From the IMG/VR virus record IMGVR_UViG_3300012948_000003, positions 32,001-96,000 of that record: DNA of 64,000 bases; one strand, given 5' to 3'. This document shows, one piece after another, positions 20,014 to 28,774 of the stretch. The position numbers and the translations under genes were made by a program. Each line of letters starts with the position of its first letter. The stretch's first letter is position 1. Under the pieces are notes generated by a model that did not search any database, was not told the DNA's origin, and saw nothing but the letters and a program-made list of their open reading frames with translations. The stretch is from a virus.

Positions 20014-20700
20014 TTATGCCGCCTTTGCTGCTACTGCTTCACTTGCTGCTTCAAGCGCTCCGATATCGCCAGCTGCGATTGCCTGAAGCATCGCTTGAAA
20101 CTGCTGTCCCCATGTTCCCTGTGGACCTGCGTTCTCACCTTCGACTGGAACTAGCATTGCCATAGCGCCGACCGTCACTGCCCAGCGAGATTCATCGGGA
20201 GCCTGACATGCGCTTGTCTGAGTATAGTTCGGAGCTTCTACATCGACACTGACTGTGCCACCACCGCTCTGTGCGGCAATCGCTGCTCCGTTATGGAATA
20301 TCCTGCGCCCTTCGATTCGATAGTGCGGATCAAAGTCCAGCGAGAGCACGTTATCAATCTCGTGCTGAATCTCTGACAACTCCCATGCAACACCTGCTCG
20401 TGTTCCCGGTGAGGTACCACCAGTAACCACAAACCTGACGTCTCCAATCGGACCAGCTGTGCCAGTGATCAATCCGCCATGCGCGACACCAGTCTGGATC
20501 GCATAGTACGATGAAGCGCGAGCATTGTTACGGTTCTTCATATACGCTGCTACAACAGCATCGTCGGCGCTCAGGACAGCATCGACGATCTGCTGTGTTG
20601 CCCAGCGTGGATCGATCACCGTAGCCGAGTAAGCTCCGGGTGTACCAGCGTTCAACAGTAGAACGCAGTCAGTACTGACTACCGACAGAGAGACACTCAT
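20014..20700 (-). CDS. Probable adaptor/virion structural protein
   Basis: ATGA overlap with upstream gene; adaptor-like layout. Confidence 0.45.
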   Translation of the reverse strand: MSVSLSVVSTDCVLLLNAGTPGAYSATVIDPRWATQQIVDAVLSADDAVVAAYMKNRNNARASSYYAIQTGVAHGGLITGTAGPIGDVRFVVTGGTSPGTRAGVAWELSEIQHEIDNVLSLDFDPHYRIEGRRIFHNGAAIAAQSGGGTVSVDVEAPNYTQTSACQAPDESRWAVTVGAMAMLVPVEGENAGPQGTWGQQFQAMLQAIAAGDIGALEAASEAVAAKAA

Positions 20701-21023
20701 TGTTTCACCTTCGCAACAGAGGACGGCACAACGAAAGCTGTCCCGCATTCCTTACAGGTCTCAATGAAACATCCAGTCTCTTTCAGGTACTGGACGTGCG
20801 CTTCATAATCACTTTGAAAGTCCTGTATCTCGCGTATTGCTGCGACTCTGCGACGATAGCGCTCGTCGAACATCGGCGGCTCCCACTCGGAAGCTGCCTT
20901 TCCACACTTCGGGCAGGTACCCGGAGCAGCTGGCTTCATAGCGCCTTCCGGATACACTGTTGTATTTGCAACGTTCAGGAATCCGTCGCCGTGCGGTTCG
21001 AGATTTGGATTTTCTTTTGACAT
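20697..21023 (-). CDS. Hypothetical zinc-ribbon protein
   Basis: CPKC..CKEC. Confidence 0.55.
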   Translation of the reverse strand: MSKENPNLEPHGDGFLNVANTTVYPEGAMKPAAPGTCPKCGKAASEWEPPMFDERYRRRVAAIREIQDFQSDYEAHVQYLKETGCFIETCKECGTAFVVPSSVAKVKQ

Positions 21024-21025
21024 GG

Positions 21026-21043
21026 TTTTCTTTTAAAAGAAAA
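21026..21043. repeat. Palindrome copy 4 (between a minus-strand ATG and the antisense -35 box)
   Basis: 18-bp form. Confidence 0.95.
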
Positions 21044-21046
21044 TGC

Positions 21047-21075
21047 TTGACATCAGGGATGTCTCGGGTTACTAT
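21047..21075 (+). promoter_or_regulatory. Sigma70-type promoter, antisense to the structural operon
   Basis: TTGACA (21047-52), 17 nt, TACTAT (21070-75); palindrome immediately upstream. Confidence 0.7.
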
Positions 21076-21169
21076 GCTGCCTACGGTAACGGGCTCCTGA
21101 TTTTCACAATACAAACGAGCGAAGCTATACCTTGTTCTGTGGAGCCCGTTGCCTTATAAGGAGACCTCA

Positions 21170-21502
21170 ATGTCCACAATCGGCAAAATCGTTCAAATTG
21201 CAACTACTGTTGGGCGCGGCGTACACGGTGAGCCTGCGCTCATTATGCATGCGCTCGACGAAAACGGCATCCTTTGGCGGAAGACAGAGTGTGTCAATGC
21301 CGTTGATGCGTGGTTCCCTGTCAACCTTTCCACCCCGCCTCTTCCGGGCGGACCTCTCGGGACCGTCAACAACTACGAGTACGGCATCTATCAGGACGGC
21401 GAAGTCTTCATCCAGACCACGCCTGATCAGATGCGAGCCAACGACGGCAAGGTCTATTTGACTTACGGTGAACTCCTGTCCTTACTCAGCCTGATCAGCT
21501 AA
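21170..21502 (+). CDS. Hypothetical protein (counter-oriented)
   Basis: AAGGAG 6 nt before ATG 21170; downstream of the promoter. Confidence 0.7.
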   Translation: MSTIGKIVQIATTVGRGVHGEPALIMHALDENGILWRKTECVNAVDAWFPVNLSTPPLPGGPLGTVNNYEYGIYQDGEVFIQTTPDQMRANDGKVYLTYGELLSLLSLIS

Positions 21503-21831
21503 TGCCGGATTCTCTGTCCAATCTCCGCGAGCTGCAACGTCAGCGTAATAAGGCACGTCTGCTCTGGCGAGCGGTCAAACGTCTTCAGGGACCCTGCAAA
21601 AAAGGTGTTCCCAACCATATTGTCGCACGTAGGAAGATCGGCGGCATATGGTTTTCAGCAGAGGATCGTGCTGGTTCGCATTGCACCATGTATCTCGACA
21701 CATCGGGCTGGTGTTCAGTCTGCCTGCGAGCATGGGATCAGTGGAAGCGGTACTTCGATTCCGTAGAACGTATCCATCGACTTCTGAACGACGACGAACA
21801 CGGGACCACGATTACTTATAGTCAGTTCTGA
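21502..21831 (+). CDS. Hypothetical basic Cys/His protein
   Basis: TAATG coupling; HC..CSVC. Confidence 0.55.
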   Translation: MPDSLSNLRELQRQRNKARLLWRAVKRLQGPCKKGVPNHIVARRKIGGIWFSAEDRAGSHCTMYLDTSGWCSVCLRAWDQWKRYFDSVERIHRLLNDDEHGTTITYSQF

Positions 21832-22573
21832 TATTGCTCGCCCGGCTCTGTCCGAATACCCGCCTTCGCATTGGCTGCTCTCTCCTGAATCCTTCCCAGC
21901 GCTGCGCTTCGAATACCGGGAGCCACTGATCGCACTTCTTCTTCGCTGTCAACGCAAGGAGCTTTTGTCGTTCGTCTAATCCCTTCGCGGGATCGGCAAT
22001 CGACGCGAATAAGTTCTGTGCGATATCTGCTATAAGGAAGAAGTTCTGTTCTTCGATAGGAAATGCCGTTGTATCATCGAAGACAGGCGGAACGATTGAT
22101 GCACCTCGCGTGTAGTACACTCGATACGTACAGGCTTGCAGATGTGCCGGGAGCCACGCCATCTTCCAGACTCCTGATTCATTGAAAGGCGCAAATCCCA
22201 TTGCCACGTGAGGACTCCACCATGAGCCGCCGATTTGAAGCGTGTCTGGTCCGTGCCAATACATACTTAGCTGCTCCAACTTGATAATGTCTACTGTGCG
22301 TCGTATGTGGTACGGATTGTTATCGTCGATGCTATGAATCAGGAACGCCTGCTCGAAACCATCGGCAGTAATGTTCATCTCTGTCGTTGGTCCAGCCGGG
22401 ATATTCATGTCCCAACGACCGATGACCCATGCTTCATTCGTGAGGTTCAGTAAGGCGCGGTAGTACGATACCACTTGCCAGATTTCCATTAGGATATCTG
22501 CGTCGTGGATCACTGCTTCATTCGGCTTACCGAGAGCACGTCTGACCTCTGAGATCATCGTCGCAATTTGCAT
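21812..22573 (-). CDS. Probable head-tail connector/adaptor
   Basis: MQIATMISEVRRALG-type N-terminus typical of adaptors; AAAGGA RBS. Confidence 0.55.
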   Translation of the reverse strand: MQIATMISEVRRALGKPNEAVIHDADILMEIWQVVSYYRALLNLTNEAWVIGRWDMNIPAGPTTEMNITADGFEQAFLIHSIDDNNPYHIRRTVDIIKLEQLSMYWHGPDTLQIGGSWWSPHVAMGFAPFNESGVWKMAWLPAHLQACTYRVYYTRGASIVPPVFDDTTAFPIEEQNFFLIADIAQNLFASIADPAKGLDERQKLLALTAKKKCDQWLPVFEAQRWEGFRREQPMRRRVFGQSRASNIRTDYK

Positions 22574-22586
22574 AGCGTTCCTTTGT

Positions 22587-22617
22587 AAAAACGGGATAGG
22601 CGCGAAGCACCTATCCC
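22587..22617 (-). terminator. Probable intrinsic terminator
   Basis: GGGATAGGTGC-TTC-GCGCCTATCCC followed by GTTTTT on the minus strand. Confidence 0.6.
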
Positions 22618-22766
22618 AGTGATAGTGGTACTTGTCCCTACCTCATATGACCGTTCATACAAAGCTGGACCCCGTTTGCTGATGAGTCGTATTGCAGGAA
22701 CTCATCAAGTTGTGTGTACGCATAAAGAACACCGGACTTGCGTCCGTCTACCTAGTTACAGGCAGC

Positions 22767-23939
22767 TCATTGATGTTTGGCTTGTATCTTCTCCACCAAC
22801 GCATCGAGATCGATTTCGGGTTCTCCGTTGTTGCTTTCGACTATCGTGGCCGCTGAGGGATCGACAGGACTCGCTGCATCGAGCATTGAGGCTGCTGCTG
22901 CTGCTGCGACACGCGGACCAACGATTGAATCCGGTACTGGAGCGCTCGGTCTGAATTCATACGAGCAGAATCGACACCTGCGCGGAGGTCCACCAGCTAT
23001 CGTGTTCAAGTATTCACCACACTCGGGGCACTGGACTTTTTCTCCAGCAGGAGCAGCAGCGACATTTGCTCCTGCAACGCCACCGACAATCTCCCGGACA
23101 AGAGTTCGAATCTCTTCGACGCCGATAGGATTCTTTCCAACTCCCTCCAGTGTACGCGACAATGCGGTACGTTCCGGCTTACGACCGAGCAGCCACATAA
23201 GCGTCTGGTCATAAGTGTCGTAGACTTGTTTCTGCCCGGCGCGGATCGCTTCCTCTTTCTGAGCAAGAATCGAGTTCGCTTGCGCTTCAAAGATATCGAT
23301 TGCCGGAATTAGCTTTGACACGATTGCATCGAGCCAAAGTTCCCTCAGATGTGGCTTTGCGCTCAGAATCGGCATCGCTCGCTCTGCGCTGATATTCGTT
23401 GACAGCGTTTCCGCTGCTTCCATCAGCCATTGACGACGCAGAACCAGCATTCCACGTTGCTCCAGAATGCTCCTGAACTCGGTCGGAAAGGTCCGCTCAA
23501 GAACTTTTGACGGTTCGATCAGCCTGTTCAGCTGCTCGTGCTCGACTTCGTTTGTATCAAAGCTCTCGATTCGAGTGAGCCCATGCATGATCATAATCCG
23601 ATCTGCCAGCAATGTGTCCAGAGTCGTCTGAGCCGGAATCTCGATTGACTCGTGCTGATCGGTTGTGATCCCGAAGAAATTCTTGATCTCTCGGGTCTTT
23701 CGAGCAGCGCCCTCTGGTAACAGACCTCGCCGGGTCCAGTGCTGCGTGTTACCAATCGCAAAGACCTCGCCAGCCCGGATCGAGTCAAACGAAAGCGTCA
23801 TACGTCGCAGGTCATCAATCGACAAACCGGGCAAGTACACATAGTACGGACCCGGTCCGCTCGTGTTCACGTCTCGCTCGATAATTGTCCGCATCGGCAT
23901 ATCGGGCGGACCTTGTTGTATTACTTCATGAGTCGCCAT
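22767..23939 (-). CDS. Hypothetical protein with C-terminal zinc ribbon
   Basis: 390 aa, AAGGAG RBS, CPEC..CRFC. Confidence 0.7.
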   Translation of the reverse strand: MATHEVIQQGPPDMPMRTIIERDVNTSGPGPYYVYLPGLSIDDLRRMTLSFDSIRAGEVFAIGNTQHWTRRGLLPEGAARKTREIKNFFGITTDQHESIEIPAQTTLDTLLADRIMIMHGLTRIESFDTNEVEHEQLNRLIEPSKVLERTFPTEFRSILEQRGMLVLRRQWLMEAAETLSTNISAERAMPILSAKPHLRELWLDAIVSKLIPAIDIFEAQANSILAQKEEAIRAGQKQVYDTYDQTLMWLLGRKPERTALSRTLEGVGKNPIGVEEIRTLVREIVGGVAGANVAAAPAGEKVQCPECGEYLNTIAGGPPRRCRFCSYEFRPSAPVPDSIVGPRVAAAAAASMLDAASPVDPSAATIVESNNGEPEIDLDALVEKIQAKHQ

Positions 23940-23947
23940 AAGTCTCC

Positions 23948-23976
23948 TTGCTTTTAAAGTAAATGGTGGTTACTAT
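23948..23976 (+). promoter_or_regulatory. Second antisense sigma70-type promoter
   Basis: TTGCTT, 17 nt, TACTAT; ATG 8 nt downstream. Confidence 0.55.
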
Positions 23977-23984
23977 TCTTGTAG

Positions 23985-24194
23985 ATGCGCTACACGAAAG
24001 CACAACAAGAACAGATTAGACGTGCGACAGAGCGCCTTTTAAATCCCGAAGGTCCACTTCCTGAGAAACATACCTGTAGTCACCCCGAACGCGACTGGAA
24101 CGAACTAACGTACAAGCAGAAGTCTAAGCGAGATGCCTGTGCGCGTTGCCGCTGGTTCAGACGAGTTGCCCGGCAGCACCGGGTCTATGAATAA
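23985..24194 (+). CDS. Small Cys/His protein, probably near-leaderless
   Basis: HTCSH..CARC; no SD; ATG right after the -10 box. Confidence 0.5.
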   Translation: MRYTKAQQEQIRRATERLLNPEGPLPEKHTCSHPERDWNELTYKQKSKRDACARCRWFRRVARQHRVYE

Positions 24195-25041
24195 TGAAGG
24201 TGTCTACTCCCTTGCGACTGGTAAACTTTGCCTTATGCGATTTGTAGGCATCACGGATTCGCAATCTCATTTCCTCGCGTTCTTTCTCGGATCGCTTCTC
24301 GTGAGCATCTGCTAGCCGCTTCAAGTTCTGATACATCGTCAATTCATCGGGAGCCTCGGTCCAATCATGTCGGTAAGGCTCGTCAAGATTCTTTCTCCAT
24401 AAGCTCTCGACATAAAGCATATCCAGATCGGAAGGTGGACGAAAGAGACCAAAGCATTTCCGGCGCTCCTCCTTTGCCTTGTCACAACACCTTCGACCGC
24501 GTTCGTGTACCCAAATCGGATGAAACCCGAGATAGTAGATTCCTTCCCGAGGGAAAGCGCCCATGTCAGCGGCGGGATTCCTTACTTCATCAAGTACACG
24601 TCTGCGAGCTTCCTCCCACGAACCGATAAGAGTCGGAGCGAACCATTGCGAAATCCAGAAACGCGGGATGCCGATCTCTTCTTTGTAAAGCATCAGCGGA
24701 TACGGAAGACCTGCCACTTCGCCGAGCTTTACTTCGGTCCGAGCCCGATCCATTGTATTCGATCCTACTTTCAGATCGAACTTACGCGTACGTATCCAAC
24801 GTCCTGTATCACGATCCGTGTAGTCGATTGCCCACCCGACTTGTCTATCGCGAGAATAGGCAAGATATTTCAGCGCGGAAGTATAAGGCGTCCACGTTGC
24901 AGTTGATCCCCATTCTAGTCGCAGCTTAGGCAGACCGTTTGGTGTTAATCCGGCTATGCGGACTAACTCACGCTGCCATCGATCTGTGATTGGTGGTGGC
25001 GAGAAGTTCTGCTGTGGAGGCCAAATGTCGAGTGGATTCAT
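24157..25041 (-). CDS. Hypothetical protein
   Basis: 294-aa ORF coupled (ATGA) to the GT gene. Confidence 0.7.
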   Translation of the reverse strand: MNPLDIWPPQQNFSPPPITDRWQRELVRIAGLTPNGLPKLRLEWGSTATWTPYTSALKYLAYSRDRQVGWAIDYTDRDTGRWIRTRKFDLKVGSNTMDRARTEVKLGEVAGLPYPLMLYKEEIGIPRFWISQWFAPTLIGSWEEARRRVLDEVRNPAADMGAFPREGIYYLGFHPIWVHERGRRCCDKAKEERRKCFGLFRPPSDLDMLYVESLWRKNLDEPYRHDWTEAPDELTMYQNLKRLADAHEKRSEKEREEMRLRIRDAYKSHKAKFTSRKGVDTFIIHRPGAAGQLV

Positions 25042-26051
25042 ACAGCTACCTTTTCTTTTAAAAGAAAACGAGCAAGCAGCTCTGAGTCGTTAGCAGGATC
25101 GTATGTTGCTTCAAAGATATCGCGTATCGTCAAACACATTCGTTCATAGTGGTCTTCTGGCATTTCAGTGATCATCTTCGCTGCTTCCTCTACGGAATGC
25201 TTGTCGAGATCGATACAGGAGATGCCGTCGCTCCAGAAGATCGAAGCACGTTGTCCTTGATAATAGCTGGCGTGACCTATCAGGGGTCTACCTATCGCTG
25301 CCCAGCAATGCAAAACATGTCCGAATCCGTCACCTGTCGGCTTGTCGTGATAGGCCCAGTCAGCAAGCGTCATCTCTTCTGCTATTGCTGCCACTGGGGT
25401 CAGGAATCCGTCCGGGCAATCGTGACCATAAGACCGGAACATAAATTTAGGCATCAGCGCTCGAAGCCTACAGAACGGTTCCCAGCATTCCGGAATCAAT
25501 GGAAGCAGATTCAGGAACGATGTCACACGCTGCGTGTATCGCGGTGAGCGATAACGGAAAATCGAATCGGAGTCAAACTCCTGACTAATATGCAATCCAC
25601 GTCCGCCGAGAGGTATCATTGTCGAATCAAGCGCGAGTGGATCGAGCTGCCAGTTCACTGCCTGACGTGCATTACCGATATGATAGAGATACTTTGCGCC
25701 GATCTCATTTGCGAAGATACGGAACCCGAGCTGATTCTCCTGTACGGTTGCGATAACACAGTCCCACCTCATACTCCGCGCCCGACTAAGAGTAATGCCG
25801 TAGATCGGACGTTCAGGGTGGCACGAATCAAAGGTCAGGAAGATTCCGGGCTCAATCTCACGGAAAGCAGCGGTATTCAAAAACTGCTTCGCTAATCTAT
25901 CGTCACCGTATGCCTGACCAAACTTCCAGTAGTCCGCATCCCACCAATCGCGACCGACAGGCACATAGAGTCGATAATTCAGTCTGTCTTCGAAGAGCCG
26001 CTGTAATGAGTACAGCAAGTCTGCGTGATGTCTATCCGCTAGAACATTCAT
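25038..26051 (-). CDS. GT-B-fold glycosyltransferase-like protein
   Basis: DGFGHVLHCWAAIGRPLI, a variant of the E-x-F-G-x4-E-A-x3-G-x-P motif. Confidence 0.65.
   Translation of the reverse strand: MNVLADRHHADLLYSLQRLFEDRLNYRLYVPVGRDWWDADYWKFGQAYGDDRLAKQFLNTAAFREIEPGIFLTFDSCHPERPIYGITLSRARSMRWDCVIATVQENQLGFRIFANEIGAKYLYHIGNARQAVNWQLDPLALDSTMIPLGGRGLHISQEFDSDSIFRYRSPRYTQRVTSFLNLLPLIPECWEPFCRLRALMPKFMFRSYGHDCPDGFLTPVAAIAEEMTLADWAYHDKPTGDGFGHVLHCWAAIGRPLIGHASYYQGQRASIFWSDGISCIDLDKHSVEEAAKMITEMPEDHYERMCLTIRDIFEATYDPANDSELLARFLLKEKVAV
25051..25068. repeat. Palindrome copy 5 (3' end of GT gene, encodes FLLKEK)
   Basis: 18-bp form. Confidence 0.95.
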
Positions 26052-27055
26052 CCTAAGAATTCCTTCCACTGCTTTGCTATGGTTTCCTTACCGAACAGCT
26101 CGATTGCACGAGCACGTTGCGCTGCGGACACCTTTGCGGAGTACTCCGATGAAGAAAGTAACTCCACCAGCATATCGTGCGCATTGGTCGGACTATTCGC
26201 CCAGTGTCGTGCTATTTCATGTCCTTCGAATAACTGCGGACTGTAAGGAAAGACCTGCATACGTAACGGACCAATAGAGACAACCGGGATACCAGTCATC
26301 ATCGCTTCTACCAAACCGAGTGTATAGGCTGCTGGCTGCGTTCCAGTGTACAAATAGGCTCGATAGAGCCGAAGCGCAGCCTTCATCTCTTGCAAGGAAA
26401 TCTCACCCGGTCCTTCAATGAACTCCGATCCCGGTCCGATTGCTTTATGAGGAAGACCACGTGTTGCTTCGTCCCAAAAGCTCCAGTTCGTAAAGGGCTC
26501 GCGCTGACGGAGCTGCTGCGTAATATTAATAACGCATTCATACTCGCCGCCGCCCCAACCTGTCCATTCATCCGGGTCCTTATAGAAACGAATCAATGCG
26601 TCACGACCAGCATAGGAAGGGATGTTTTCTTCCTTCGGCGAATAGCGCACAATCTGTAAGCCTTGCTCGCGGAACGGCTTCATCATTTTCTCGTTGTTCT
26701 CTACCGACTGCCCGACTGTTCGCCAGATCACTCGCTTGTGTTTTATGCGATCCCACTGCGGGACCAACCACGTATGTTCCCGATGGTGAATGATGATTGT
26801 CTCGCACCAGTCGAGTACCGCATCCGGGACGTGCTGCTTCGCTGCTTCGAGATTGTCAGGAGTTCTTAGTGTATCAACTACCTCCTTCAAGTCGGGATGA
26901 TAAGGCGCATCAGGTATCGCCGGGCGCTTTGGATCATGCGGCATATGCGGATTAATATAGCCTCCCAGTGAGAACACATCGTAGCCCAGCTCGGATAGAA
27001 GTTTTACCTGATCGTATTCTTCTATCGAGTGAGCCAGCATCAAGAGAACTCTCAT
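26048..27055 (-). CDS. GT-B (GT4-like) glycosyltransferase
   Basis: YTLGLVEAMMTGIPVVS..F...IAKQWKEFL. Confidence 0.8.
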   Translation of the reverse strand: MRVLLMLAHSIEEYDQVKLLSELGYDVFSLGGYINPHMPHDPKRPAIPDAPYHPDLKEVVDTLRTPDNLEAAKQHVPDAVLDWCETIIIHHREHTWLVPQWDRIKHKRVIWRTVGQSVENNEKMMKPFREQGLQIVRYSPKEENIPSYAGRDALIRFYKDPDEWTGWGGGEYECVINITQQLRQREPFTNWSFWDEATRGLPHKAIGPGSEFIEGPGEISLQEMKAALRLYRAYLYTGTQPAAYTLGLVEAMMTGIPVVSIGPLRMQVFPYSPQLFEGHEIARHWANSPTNAHDMLVELLSSSEYSAKVSAAQRARAIELFGKETIAKQWKEFLG

Positions 27056-27056
27056 A

Positions 27057-28043
27057 TTATTCCTTCCAGTTGACGAGCGCTTGAAATGCGCTATCCCAGT
27101 AGTTGTAATGATCCATACCGAACGACAGGTCCTGAATAAATCGGCTGAGCGCTTGACCGTAATCGCGATGAAGTTGTTCTATGCCGCCGCGATGCGTTCG
27201 CCACGCTCGTCGCCAGAACGCGCAGCGCTTAGGGTAATCCGTGGTGTCTGTCAGGGCATCTCGCAGTCGTTGCTGGTAAACTGCTTCGGGTTGACCACTA
27301 AGAAATTGATTACCGTAGCCGGATGAAAGCGAGCCAACGTGAAACCACGGTATATTTCCCCAGTGGGTGATACACCAACCGTCAGCACGATACTGTGGTC
27401 TGTGTTCAATGCGTACGCCCATGTCTCGGAGTTGAAAACTGGCGGACACGAAGGTATCCCCACTGACAGGTTCCACGGGTACATAACCGAGACCTCCTAT
27501 TTTCTCACCCGGTTTCCAGTTACGAGCATCGAAGAAGTGATCCGTCTTCAGCAGGATGTCGCGGCTCGCAAACAGGAAGCAAGGCCAGAGCGCATGACCA
27601 GTGTCGCCTGATCCATCCGTCGTTGGCGGATCACCCCATTTACTGTTCGCCGCATCAAGTATCTGAGCACTGGCGCAAGTACGTGGACTCCCGACGACGT
27701 CGGCTCTACCGGATTCGATTATCTCGAACGCATCACGAATCGCTTCTGGTTGCCGCACGTACGCATCGTCTTCACAGAACATTACGTGATCCGCTTTGGT
27801 GTTTTCTACCAGCTCAGTGATAATCCTGCCGTGAGCTACGCGGATCGGATCGTGTCGTATCATTGTGGCATGTGGCGTTTCGGCAACCAGCTTGTACATG
27901 TAATCAATCACTTCAGGATCGGATTGACCACACATAATGACTTCGAGCTGATCGACTTCATTAGCCCAAACCTCTGCGTAGTTGCGTAGCCAGTAAGCGT
28001 TCAGGAACGGGTCCTGACCTAACGGAAGCAGCGCTGCTCTCAT
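27057..28043 (-). CDS. GT-A (GT2-like) glycosyltransferase
   Basis: HVMFCEDDAYV DxD-like motif; WFHVG. Confidence 0.7.
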   Translation of the reverse strand: MRAALLPLGQDPFLNAYWLRNYAEVWANEVDQLEVIMCGQSDPEVIDYMYKLVAETPHATMIRHDPIRVAHGRIITELVENTKADHVMFCEDDAYVRQPEAIRDAFEIIESGRADVVGSPRTCASAQILDAANSKWGDPPTTDGSGDTGHALWPCFLFASRDILLKTDHFFDARNWKPGEKIGGLGYVPVEPVSGDTFVSASFQLRDMGVRIEHRPQYRADGWCITHWGNIPWFHVGSLSSGYGNQFLSGQPEAVYQQRLRDALTDTTDYPKRCAFWRRAWRTHRGGIEQLHRDYGQALSRFIQDLSFGMDHYNYWDSAFQALVNWKE

Positions 28044-28774
28044 CGTTTTATCGCCGTGAATCCACCGGGTCCTGCTTCCGGTCCATCGAATGTAATATCA
28101 TGCGAAGGCTCAAGCAGTGCTCTGAACTGATCTTGAGTTCTGCCTCCAATCGGATGCCATTCGCCGACAATGATCGACAGGTCTTTTACTGCCGGATCAA
28201 GCAACGTAGACCACTCGCCACCTTCGGAGTCGATCTTCACGAGACAGAGCGGACCATATTCTTCAACAATCGAGGCAATCGAACGACACGGAATAATGCC
28301 CTCTTCGTAAGTAAGACCTTCTCCTGCCGCATCGTACATCAGTGTCGAATTACCGACGAACGCATGATGCTCAGCATTAGTGTTTCCGCGAAACCGCCAG
28401 CGGACTTTTACCGAGTCAATGCCCGGCGCTGCTGATGCTTCGTGAAGCACCGAGACTCGATCTGTTAATCCATTGGCGTAGATATTCAGCCGGATCATCT
28501 CTGCGTTCTCGGGAACTGGCTCCTGACAGATCACTTTCAGCTTTGGATTGTCGAGCGCTAATGCAATCGCTACCGATCCGACATACGCTCCGATATCAAG
28601 CGCAGTCCCTTCCAGCGTCAGCTTACCAACGTGATATTCGTCTACTGACATTGAAGAATAAATCGTGTTCCAGTCGTTTGTATCCTTGCGGTAGTGTATC
28701 CACGCGGGATTCCACCGGGGCGTCCGGAACTCAGCAGCGGCTTGAGCATAGTAGAGACGCGGAGTTGCCGTCAT
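28040..28774 (-). CDS. FkbM-family methyltransferase
   Basis: LDIGAYVG..EPVPEN..VKIDSEGGE..GEWH. Confidence 0.9.
   Translation of the reverse strand: MTATPRLYYAQAAAEFRTPRWNPAWIHYRKDTNDWNTIYSSMSVDEYHVGKLTLEGTALDIGAYVGSVAIALALDNPKLKVICQEPVPENAEMIRLNIYANGLTDRVSVLHEASAAPGIDSVKVRWRFRGNTNAEHHAFVGNSTLMYDAAGEGLTYEEGIIPCRSIASIVEEYGPLCLVKIDSEGGEWSTLLDPAVKDLSIIVGEWHPIGGRTQDQFRALLEPSHDITFDGPEAGPGGFTAIKR

Noticed and set aside
22675-22710. CTGATGAG suggesting a hammerhead ribozyme
   Set aside because: No correctly placed GAAA core; the motif is one arm of a simple stem
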